Part shown: positions 34,091-42,575 of the stretch, piece after piece
Layout of the letters: each line of letters opens with the position of its first letter
How positions within the stretch are numbered: the first letter of the stretch is position 1
From: a virus
Lineage: Duplodnaviria; Caudoviricetes
Virus record (IMG/VR): IMGVR_UViG_3300031853_000001
Location: 64,001-128,000 of that record
Reading direction: 5' to 3' (one strand)
Length of the DNA stretch: 64,000 bases
Notes under the pieces: model-generated
The model's database searches: none
What the model was told of the DNA's origin: nothing
What the model saw: the letters and a program-made list of their open reading frames with translations, nothing else
Made by a program: the position numbers and the translations under genes

Positions 34091-35146
34091 ATGGCAGATA
34101 TTAGTAAAATAACTTTACCTTCTGGTACTACTTATGACATAAAAGACGCAGTAGCTCGTAGTCAAATTGAAGCCCTAACTGGCGGTGACGCTGTTATCTT
34201 TATTGGAGTTTCTTCTGTAGAATTAACAGACGGTGGAAATGAAACTCCCAAAGTTAATGGAGAAAATAAAACTCCCGCGGCTGGACAGTTATTTTTCTAC
34301 GGCACTCAAGAGTTCATTTATGGGCCAGATAATAAATGGCACGCATTAGGTTCTTTAGATACTTTGGGCGATTTAGCTTATAAAAATAGTGCATCAGGTA
34401 CTTATAATACTGTTAGTGCAGTTTCGGTAACAACCAAAACAACTGCAAATAAAACAGCAACGGTCGCGCCAGCAGCTTCTGGTACAGCAACTTATACTCC
34501 AGATGGTTCTATTTCTGGAATTACTTGGGCAGGTTCCTCTACTACATCCACGGGTAAGTTTACTCCGGCTGGAACAGTAACTACTTCAAATAAAACCTTT
34601 TCTGTCACTGGCTCAGCAGTACCAGCAAGTGGAACCGCAAATTATACTCCTGCTGGTAGCGTTAGCGCCCCAACAATTTCAGTCGCAACTGCGGGTTCGA
34701 CAACAACTATTAAAAATCCTACAAGTAGTACCGTAGTAAAAACAGTTGTTGCTGCAGCTCCAGATGCAACTGCGCCCGCAAACGCAATTACTTATTATTC
34801 TGTAGCCAATGAAACTTTAAGTTTATATCAATTAGGATATACAACTGGTGCTTCTATTACCACAAGTAATGTTACAGTTAAAACTGGTGATGCGGCTTAT
34901 TCAGCTTCTGCACCAACTTTCACTGGAACAGGTACTATGTTAACTACAGCTACAATTAAAGAACCAACCGGAGCTTTTGCTGGTACTGAGGGGAATGTAT
35001 CTGTAACGGGTACTCCAAATGGAAGTATTACAAATCAAGGAACATTTTCTGGAACAGGAGTTCGTTTAGTAACTGGTAATATTGCAGTTCCAGATACATA
35101 TACTGCAACTATTACTTCTGGTACAGAAACAGTTACAGTTTCTTAA
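34091..35146 (+). CDS. Thr/Gly-rich virion structural protein
   Basis: ISKITLPSGTTYDIKD, LGDLAYK, repeated YTPxGSV / FTGTG. Confidence 0.6.
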   Translation: MADISKITLPSGTTYDIKDAVARSQIEALTGGDAVIFIGVSSVELTDGGNETPKVNGENKTPAAGQLFFYGTQEFIYGPDNKWHALGSLDTLGDLAYKNSASGTYNTVSAVSVTTKTTANKTATVAPAASGTATYTPDGSISGITWAGSSTTSTGKFTPAGTVTTSNKTFSVTGSAVPASGTANYTPAGSVSAPTISVATAGSTTTIKNPTSSTVVKTVVAAAPDATAPANAITYYSVANETLSLYQLGYTTGASITTSNVTVKTGDAAYSASAPTFTGTGTMLTTATIKEPTGAFAGTEGNVSVTGTPNGSITNQGTFSGTGVRLVTGNIAVPDTYTATITSGTETVTVS

Positions 35147-35157
35147 TAAAGGAGGAA

Positions 35158-37485
35158 ATGGATATGGCAAATGGTGGTATTATAAATAAAATAAAATTAG
35201 TAGACAAGACCTATAACCTACAAGATGCAGAAGCTTTGCACGTAGGAACTACAGTAACCATACCACAAGGTGGTACTGGCGCGACTACTGCCGCGGTTGC
35301 GAGGGCTAATTTAGAAATTACGCCTGTAAATATTGGGGCTTATGGTGATTATCTTGGTAGTTCTATCACTGATGTGAATGATAAGGATTTAATTGGGTAT
35401 GCTTTCGTACAAAAGAAAAATTGTGCGAATTTACCTGATGCAGAAGATGCTAATACTTTTATTTTTGTAATATTCTCAAAAAATATTCAAATGGCAATAC
35501 CGTATAATTCAAATGGTTCACCTCGTATGTATATACGCTTTAATACTAATTCAAATACTTGGTATCCTTGGAGAGCAATTGGAGATATTGGAGTAGACAA
35601 TATTATTCCAATAGAAAGTGGTGGAACTGGAGCTAGTAGTGCGGCGGCAGCAAGAATAAATTTAGGAATTACTGCGGAAAATCTTAATGCTTTACCATTA
35701 ACTGGTGGAACTTTAACTGGAAATTTAAATATAAAAAGAAATGCTACTCAAGCTTCATTATGGTTTTATAACAAAGATTCTGAGACAGTTGCAGGAGGAA
35801 TTTCTAAAACAATTGATAGCAATGGTGATAATAGAATAGTATTTTCAGTTAGAAATGAAGAGTCAGAGGCAAACGAAGTATATTATTTACCACCATCAGA
35901 TATAATAACTACTGCTAAAGGTTATAATATTTTAACTACTAAAAACCCCGTAACTATAGCACAAGGAGGCACTGGAGCTACAACAGCTTCTCAAGCTCTG
36001 CAAAATCTAGACGCATTTGGAGCTAGTTCATCTAAAGTTTCAACAGATGCTGATATTTTTACATATGGAGCATCATTCTTAAATGCAGATGATGTAGCAA
36101 ATTTGCCAAATAATAGCTCAATAGACTCAAAATATTTTTTAACTACTTTTATGGGTAATTTACAGCGTGCGGAAGTCTTTGGAGACGTTGGAGTAAGAAA
36201 AGTATATGAAAGATATTATTCAAATTCTAAATGGTATCCTTGGGTCCGCACAGGAGTGCGAAATGCGGCAAGATTTATTCAGATTGACCAGGCTTCTAAA
36301 TCAACTATATATAATGAATTTCATTATATGGACATTGGAGAAACAGCTATAATTGAATGGAGCGCAGACCCGGATGTTTCTAAAATATTAACTGTTAATA
36401 ATATGACAGCGCAATCTTTTGAAGGAATTATATATAAAATTTCTGAAGGAGATTATGATTTCTTCGGTAATTTTGGCGCAGGTAATAGAATTGGAGCTTG
36501 GCGAATTACAGGGTTAACTTCTTCTGGTTTTAATCTTGCTTTAATAGGAGATTTCCATCTTTATGTCCCACTAATTAACGGAGTAATTCCAGTTTCTGTT
36601 GGTGGTACTGGAGCTACAAGTGCTTCAGAAGCAAGAACTAATTTAAATATTACTCCCGCGAATATTGGTGCCCTAGCTTTAGACGGGACAAACACTATGA
36701 GCGGCAATTTAAAGATTAAAGTTGATAATCCACATATTAGTCTTTATAAATCAGACCAAGCTTCTTATGTGGCATCATTTTATAGTACCGCAGATGCAAA
36801 TGGAGGTAATAAATTGTCTGTTGCTATAAGAAAAGATGGTAGCCAGGCTGAAATATACTCCTTACCTATACCAGATGCGCATACTGGTTCAGTAGACTAT
36901 CAAATACTTACTTCCAAAAAATTAAATATTACAGATGTTAATGATACCGTACTTTATACTTTTGGTTATTATGGAGGAGCTTCTGTATCGAATCTTCCAA
37001 ATAATACTAGTACGTTTGGTCTTCTTGGTCTTGGTCCTATCCAAATTGCTTATCCCTATGGAGCCTCAGCTTCTGATGTTAATGGAAATATTCACGACCA
37101 AGGTCCAAGACATTTATATATACGTTCTTATATAAATAATAGATGGTATCCATGGAGTACTTTTGATGCAGTATCTTATATTAGACTTGTTGGGGAAAAT
37201 ATAACCGCAGATGGAATAATGGAACAACTTCAAACTTTAACTATGGGAGAAGTAGCAAATATTTATATAGATGCTTATTCTTGTAAAATACTTACTAGTC
37301 AAAAGGTTAATATTTCTGGGTATGGAACTGTTATGAGAGGTTCTTCATTCCAAAATGGTAATTTTTATTTTGATATTGTCACAAATAGTGGTTCGCAAAG
37401 ATTTGCTTGGACTGTTGATAATCTTTCTAATGGAAAAACTTTTTCCGTTGGTAACGTTTATAACTATACTGGTACAGTAGTATAA
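35158..37485 (+). CDS. tail fibre with GGTGAT repeats and knob-like domains
   Basis: 4x GGTGA(T/S)xAxxAxxNL, 3x Y.R...WYPW. Confidence 0.75.
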   Translation: MDMANGGIINKIKLVDKTYNLQDAEALHVGTTVTIPQGGTGATTAAVARANLEITPVNIGAYGDYLGSSITDVNDKDLIGYAFVQKKNCANLPDAEDANTFIFVIFSKNIQMAIPYNSNGSPRMYIRFNTNSNTWYPWRAIGDIGVDNIIPIESGGTGASSAAAARINLGITAENLNALPLTGGTLTGNLNIKRNATQASLWFYNKDSETVAGGISKTIDSNGDNRIVFSVRNEESEANEVYYLPPSDIITTAKGYNILTTKNPVTIAQGGTGATTASQALQNLDAFGASSSKVSTDADIFTYGASFLNADDVANLPNNSSIDSKYFLTTFMGNLQRAEVFGDVGVRKVYERYYSNSKWYPWVRTGVRNAARFIQIDQASKSTIYNEFHYMDIGETAIIEWSADPDVSKILTVNNMTAQSFEGIIYKISEGDYDFFGNFGAGNRIGAWRITGLTSSGFNLALIGDFHLYVPLINGVIPVSVGGTGATSASEARTNLNITPANIGALALDGTNTMSGNLKIKVDNPHISLYKSDQASYVASFYSTADANGGNKLSVAIRKDGSQAEIYSLPIPDAHTGSVDYQILTSKKLNITDVNDTVLYTFGYYGGASVSNLPNNTSTFGLLGLGPIQIAYPYGASASDVNGNIHDQGPRHLYIRSYINNRWYPWSTFDAVSYIRLVGENITADGIMEQLQTLTMGEVANIYIDAYSCKILTSQKVNISGYGTVMRGSSFQNGNFYFDIVTNSGSQRFAWTVDNLSNGKTFSVGNVYNYTGTVV

Positions 37486-37498
37486 GAAGGTGATATAA

Positions 37499-39892
37499 AT
37501 GGCACACATAATGACAAAACGCGGTTCTCAAGATAATATTATTACTTATGAGCATTATTGCGATACTATTGCAGACCGTGAAAATATAAATCCAAATGAA
37601 ATTACTCTAGGTTCTGTTTGTATTGTAGTGGAAGGAGAAAGCGGAGAACTTGAAGTTTATATTGCTAATAGCAATAAAGAATGGAAAGAAATCTAAAGGA
37701 GGAAACTTATGGATATTTTAGATATTATAATAGCCAAAAAGAAATCCTTTACAGGAGAAACGGAAAAATTGGTTCGTCAAGCTAATGAAGCTATGGCAAA
37801 AGCTAATGAAATTGCCGCTAAAGTAGACGATGCCTCAGACGCACTTGCGGCAGCGCAAGAAGCGCAAGACGCGGCCGAAGCCGTAAATATTCGTGCGCAA
37901 GAAATTGCTACTGATTTAGAGAATATGAAAGAAGAAGTAACTTCCGCTGCGAATGAAGTTGTAGATGAAAAACTTGCTACTGCTACAGCAGAACTTCAAT
38001 CTGCTATTGATGAAGCCGTTACAGAAGTTACTGTAGAAGATGATAATAATTCTTCTTATAAAAGTAAGAACGCAAAAGTTCGTAAAAAGGGTATATTAAG
38101 TTCATTTAAGATTATGAAAAATTATACCTCAACTGGTTCTAATGAAGATGGGGCAATGACTCAAAAAGCCATTACCAATGCCCTGAATAGCCAGAAAACT
38201 GAATTAGAAAATAAGATTAAAAACATTAAGCCAAGTGGAAGTGGCTCTGGTAATATTTCTGGTAATATTTCTGCCGCGGACGAAGGTTCTATTGTATCTA
38301 TTGATGAAAATGGTAACATCCAACCAAGTTCTATTACAGAAGCAGACGTAATTCTTACTCAAATTGTTACTGGGACTTATAGAAATGATAATATTGTTGG
38401 GTTAGAATTAGATTATGCTAATAAAACTTATACTCGTTTACAGGCGGCCGCTGGTTTAACTGCGGGCGCAGACTTTGATAAATTTATTTTCTATGGCGGC
38501 CGCAGACGTTGTGCCGTAGATGCTAGTGGTAATATTGAATATTTCTTAACTGGTGAGGAAGATTCCTCTACTTTAGGAAATAAACGAATAATGGTTTATC
38601 AACCTGCTTTCTATTATTTGCGCGTGCCACTATCTGTTTCTAATACTGGAAATGGTTATAAAATTAACAAAGAACATTTATATTTGTCCGCGCAAAAATA
38701 TGCTGGTTTTACACTTCATCCATTATTCAGAGATGAAAATGGTAATGCTTTGCGCTATATTTTAATACCAGCTTTTGAAAGTGGCACCTATAGAGTAAAT
38801 TCTGGAACTTATAACTTAGATGATGCACAAAATGTAGATTTAGAAAATGACTGCTTAGTTTCGGTTATAAATACAAAACCAATTAGTGGAGTAACTCAAG
38901 AGTTTACAGCTAACGCCGCAAAACATATGTGTGAAAATAACGGTGAAGGTTGGAAGATGACAAATCTAGCATTTGAATCTGCAAATCAGATGTTAATGAT
39001 GGTTGAGTATGGCAGCCCAAATCTACAAAATGCTTTTAATGTGGGTATTACTCAACTTTCTAGCACAGCAAACATCAATTTTTCTTGTAATACTGGCTCT
39101 ACTTTAGTATTAAATAATGCCTCTGGCCAAGCGCTATCTACAACTAATATTCGTGAAAATAAAACCAACACTTATACTGCTGCTGGCCAATGTGCTATTT
39201 CTTATCGAGGTTTTGAAAATCCATATGGAAATATGTGGCGTTTTATTGACGATGTTTCAGTTGTAAATAATATTGTTACCTATAAAGATGAAATAATTGA
39301 TTTCAAAATTGCTACGACCGAAAATTGGATAAACACTTTTGGCTTTGATAGAAATCACGATTGGGTATATTTACCAATTGAAGTTAGTTCTAATGCCAAT
39401 AGTAATTTCCCAGTAGGAGATTACTATTACCCACCAATTTCTGCAAATGTTGCTTACACAGGTATTGTCGGTGGTTATTCCGCTTCAGGAACTAATGCTG
39501 GTATTTTCTATTATGCTTTCAATATTGAAAAAGATACTTTCCACTATCAGCACGATACCGCTCGTGTAATGTATATTCCAACTCCAAATTCTGTAGTTGA
39601 TAATAATAACTATAACTTATGGTACGGGGTGGTTTAAATGAAAATTTATGAACATACCTATTCTATGAATAGACCACAAGAAATTGAGACCACTTCAAAA
39701 AAAGTATTTGTTGCTTCTAATATTGAAGAAGTAACTCTTGAAGTAGAAGAAAAAAATATAAATTGTTTTTCTTACACTCTTGCTGAATATGATAAAGATG
39801 AATATCTTGATATACTATTCAAGCAGCAAACTGATATTGCCGCGTTGCAGGAAGAACTTCAGGCCGCAAAAATCTTATTGGGGGTAGAGTAA
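37499..39892 (+). other. structural CDSs 37499-37696, 37709-39637 (tail protein), 39638-39892
   Basis: 642-aa protein has GAMTQKAIT, MVYQPAFYY, GFTLHPLF, YRGFENPYGN.W motifs of phage tail proteins. Confidence 0.6.
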
Positions 39893-39893
39893 T

Positions 39894-40304
39894 ATGGGGA
39901 ATTTAGTTGATTTAGCAATTAAACTTCGTCCATATATTGAAAAAGCTGCCGCAAATTTAGATGATACAGACGCGCTTGAAGCAGTTCAATTGTTTCCTAA
40001 ATGGGAGCCCAATATTCAATATGAGAAAGACGATAGAGTAAGATATGAAAATATCTTATATCGTTGTCTACAACCCCACAATTCTCAAGAATCTTGGACT
40101 CCACTCGCGGCCGCCAGTCTTTGGGCGAAAGTTTTAATTCCAGATGAAAATGTTATTCCTGAATGGGAGCAACCTTCTAGCACAAATGGTTATCAAATTG
40201 GTGATAAAGTAATGTTTGAAGGTAAAGTATATGAATGTCAAATTGCCAATAATGTTTGGTCTCCATCGGCGTATCCCGCAGGATGGAAAGAAATAAATAT
40301 TTGA
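39894..40304 (+). CDS. CBM5/12 (chitin-binding-like) tandem-domain protein
   Basis: W....Y..DDRVRY...LY.CLQ.H.SQ..W.P and Y.IGDKV.F.GKVY.C...NNVW.P..YPAGW. Confidence 0.75.
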   Translation: MGNLVDLAIKLRPYIEKAAANLDDTDALEAVQLFPKWEPNIQYEKDDRVRYENILYRCLQPHNSQESWTPLAAASLWAKVLIPDENVIPEWEQPSSTNGYQIGDKVMFEGKVYECQIANNVWSPSAYPAGWKEINI

Positions 40305-40394
40305 CTTCTATATAATTTTATGTTATAATAAATATGTCAAGAGGGAGAGAGGAATCTCTCTTGACATATTAAAATTATAAGGAGAGGAACTTAT

Positions 40395-40736
40395 ATGAAG
40401 TTTTATAGTGATGTAACACAGCGTTTTTATGACACAGAAAAGGCTTGTCTAGAAGCCGAATTTAAGGTAAAGGAAGAACAGAATCGTCAAAAGATTCTAA
40501 GGGAAAAGGCTGAGCGTGAAGCTAAGGAAAAGCAAGAGAAGCTCGCGGCTGAGCGTAAGGTTCGCGCGAATGAGGTTGAAGAGGCTCGTAAGGCTATGGT
40601 CGCGGCTCAGTCAAAGTATCGTGAAGTGCTTGAAGCCTTCGTGCGCGATTACAAGACTTACCATCTTTCTCTAAATGGCGAAGATGCGAAGGGTCTAATT
40701 CCAACTCTATTCGATAATTTCTTCAGTATCTTTTAA
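40395..40736 (+). CDS. coiled-coil hypothetical protein
   Basis: KFYS.....FYDTEK.C..AE; own promoter at 40301. Confidence 0.6.
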   Translation: MKFYSDVTQRFYDTEKACLEAEFKVKEEQNRQKILREKAEREAKEKQEKLAAERKVRANEVEEARKAMVAAQSKYREVLEAFVRDYKTYHLSLNGEDAKGLIPTLFDNFFSIF

Positions 40737-40765
40737 TTGACTTTAAGTAAAAATTCTGGTATAAT
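40737..40765 (+). promoter_or_regulatory. sigmaA-type promoter of first tRNA cluster
   Basis: TTGACT-17-TATAAT. Confidence 0.85.
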
Positions 40766-40941
40766 ATTTATGTAAGGTTGAGGGAGAGATAATAAAGTTC
40801 GAACATAAAACTCTCTGCTCTATAAGGAAAGTGGGGCCTTAAACCTTATATCAATTCCCGCTGGGCACGAGCAACAGCGTCGTTGAAACGTAAGCCGGTG
40901 CATCGACTTACGTAGGTAGGTACGTGAACCCTACCAAATTC

Positions 40942-41017
40942 GCCGTCATAACTCAATTGGTAGAGTAGCACATTAGTAATGTGCAGGTTTTCAGTTCAAG
41001 TCTGAATGGCGGCTCCA
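40942..41017 (+). tRNA. tRNA-Thr(AGT)
   Basis: full cloverleaf, gcaca-ttagtaa-tgtgc, CCA. Confidence 0.9.
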
Positions 41018-41020
41018 TAT

Positions 41021-41098
41021 CGAGCAGTAGCACAGTTGGTCTAGTGCAGGGTGCTGATAACGCCAAGATCGAAAGTTCAAATCTTTCCTGCTCGACCA
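41021..41098 (+). tRNA. tRNA-Ile(GAT)
   Basis: cgagcag/ctgctcg, loop ctgataa, CCA. Confidence 0.9.
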
Positions 41099-41342
41099 GA
41101 AGCCGCGAGGATGACTGGGAGACGGCATTAAGAGGAGTCATGACCTCATCTCTTTCCCGAGTGTATAACTAGCCTTCAGCTCGATAAATATTGGTGGCTA
41201 GTCGCGACGGGTAGCGTAACAGACGTGAGCATTCGGACATACGCTCGGAAACCACATTCAAGAGATGCAGCATTATTGAGTGAAGGTCTGAAAACGGGGA
41301 AGATTGATATTGGTGCAATCCCTTTCTATCCGACAAATATAA

Positions 41343-41416
41343 TGGGGACTAACCTAATGGTAGGGTATTCGGCTCTGACCCGAAGTGTGATAGTTCAATT
41401 CTATCGTCCCCAGCCA
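41343..41416 (+). tRNA. tRNA-Gln(CTG)
   Basis: tggggac/gtcccca, ttcgg-ctctgac-ccgaa, CCA. Confidence 0.9.
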
Positions 41417-41419
41417 TAT

Positions 41420-41497
41420 GGCTTGGTAACTTATGCGGTCTGTAGTGCTGGTCTGAAAAACCAGAGGGTGATAGTTCGACTCTATCCCAAGCCACCA
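41420..41497 (+). tRNA. tRNA-Phe(GAA)
   Basis: ggcttgg/ccaagcc, ctggt-ctgaaaa-accag, CCA. Confidence 0.9.
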
Positions 41498-41579
41498 ATA
41501 CGCATAGTCGCACTATGCAAGGCTACAGTTCCTAACCTTGGCTTCTAAAACCTGCGAGGATAGCGGCCGAAAGAACTGA

Positions 41580-41682
41580 TAGGCACAAACAGCAATTTTC
41601 TTTATTTAAGTATTGAGAAATTGTAGTATGTTGAACGGTCAAATATTAGAAACCATAGCTATTAAGCAAAACGAGTGCCTAG
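41580..41682 (+). ncRNA. ACAGCAA-scaffold RNA #1
   Basis: taggcac-aaACAGCAA...gtgccta-g; cargo AU-rich hairpins. Confidence 0.7.
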
Positions 41683-41729
41683 AAATAAAGTTGATACTTA
41701 ATCGGTTTCTTTTATTTGACTAATGTTAT

Positions 41730-41805
41730 GCCGGTATAGCGCAGAGTATAGAGCATCAAACTTCTAATTTGAGGGTCGAAGGTTAGAATCCTTCTACCGG
41801 CGCCA
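41730..41805 (+). tRNA. tRNA-Arg(TCT)
   Basis: gccggta/taccggc, tcaaa-cttctaa-tttga, CCA. Confidence 0.9.
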
Positions 41806-41806
41806 C

Positions 41807-41897
41807 GCGGGTTTACTCAAGTCTGGGTTAAGAGGTCTGATTCGAAATCAGATAGGATGTAAAAGTCGCAAGGGTTCAAATCCCTTAGCCCGCGCCA
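41807..41897 (+). tRNA. tRNA-Ser(CGA)
   Basis: tctga-ttcgaaa-tcaga, long variable arm, G73, CCA. Confidence 0.9.
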
Positions 41898-41903
41898 TTT
41901 ATA

Positions 41904-42031
41904 TAGTCGCTCACAGCAATCGTTCTTTATAGAACATATGGGTTCGAATCCCATACCACGCACCAAATCGCGTAGTTAGCCAAATGGTTTAGGCAGATGT
42001 CTAACAAACATCCTTCTATTAAAGCGACTAG
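41904..42031 (+). ncRNA. ACAGCAA-scaffold RNA #2 with circularly permuted tRNA (anticodon AAC, Val)
   Basis: tagtcgct-cACAGCAA...agcgacta-g enclosing T arm, 3' acceptor, ACCA, linker, 5' acceptor, D arm, anticodon arm. Confidence 0.85.
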
Positions 42032-42036
42032 TATTT

Positions 42037-42111
42037 GCCCCGTTAGCTTAACGGATAGAGCATACGGCTACGGCCCGTGAGATGTGGGTCCAATTCCTAC
42101 ACGGGGTGCCA
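42037..42111 (+). tRNA. tRNA-Arg(ACG)
   Basis: gccccgt/acggggt, loop ctacggc, CCA. Confidence 0.9.
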
Positions 42112-42294
42112 CCACTAACAATTTTGGTCTTGTAAAGATAGGGCTATGGCTTTGTTTTAGTTAATTGTTAGTTAAGAAAGACTAAAACAAGACATAATAA
42201 CTAGAATAGTTATAAAAATGTCGCGCCTTACTCAGGAAAAAGAGTCGCCCGCCGCAGGGGTGTCCTAGGTGAAATAAAATACTGCGGACTTTAT

Positions 42295-42381
42295 GGGTGA
42301 GTATGCCTAGTGGCGAGGGCATCTGGCTGTAGACCAGACACGTTAGAAACACCGTGGGTTCAACTCCTACCTCACCCACCA
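42295..42381 (+). tRNA. tRNA-Tyr(GTA)
   Basis: tctgg-ctgtaga-ccaga, long variable arm, CCA. Confidence 0.9.
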
Positions 42382-42385
42382 ATAT

Positions 42386-42464
42386 GGACCGATAGCAGAA
42401 TTGGCATATGCACTGGTTTAAGGTACCAGGTTAAGTGTGGGTTCAAATCCCACTCGGTCTACCA
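42386..42464 (+). tRNA. tRNA-Leu(AAG), short variable region
   Basis: ctggt-ttaaggt-accag, CCA. Confidence 0.85.
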
Positions 42465-42468
42465 AATT

Positions 42469-42540
42469 GCCGTATTAGTTCAACGGTAGAATAATAGATT
42501 CGTAATCTAGATGCTTGTTCAAATCAAGTATGCGGCTCCA
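42469..42540 (+). tRNA. tRNA-Thr(CGT)
   Basis: gccgtat/atgcggc, loop ttcgtaa, very short variable loop, CCA. Confidence 0.8.
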
Positions 42541-42575
42541 CAACCGCATACTTATTTTTTTATAAGGAGGAAATT

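Noticed and set aside
41232-41336. additional tRNA-Phe
   Set aside because: Only ctgaaaa and a T-loop-like fragment; no consistent cloverleaf
40953-41548. ORFs over tRNA/ncRNA regions (also 46604, 54447, 54508, 58363, 60449)
   Set aside because: Better explained by RNA genes
41526-41580. hammerhead ribozyme
   Set aside because: GAAA present but no CUGANGA core in the required position
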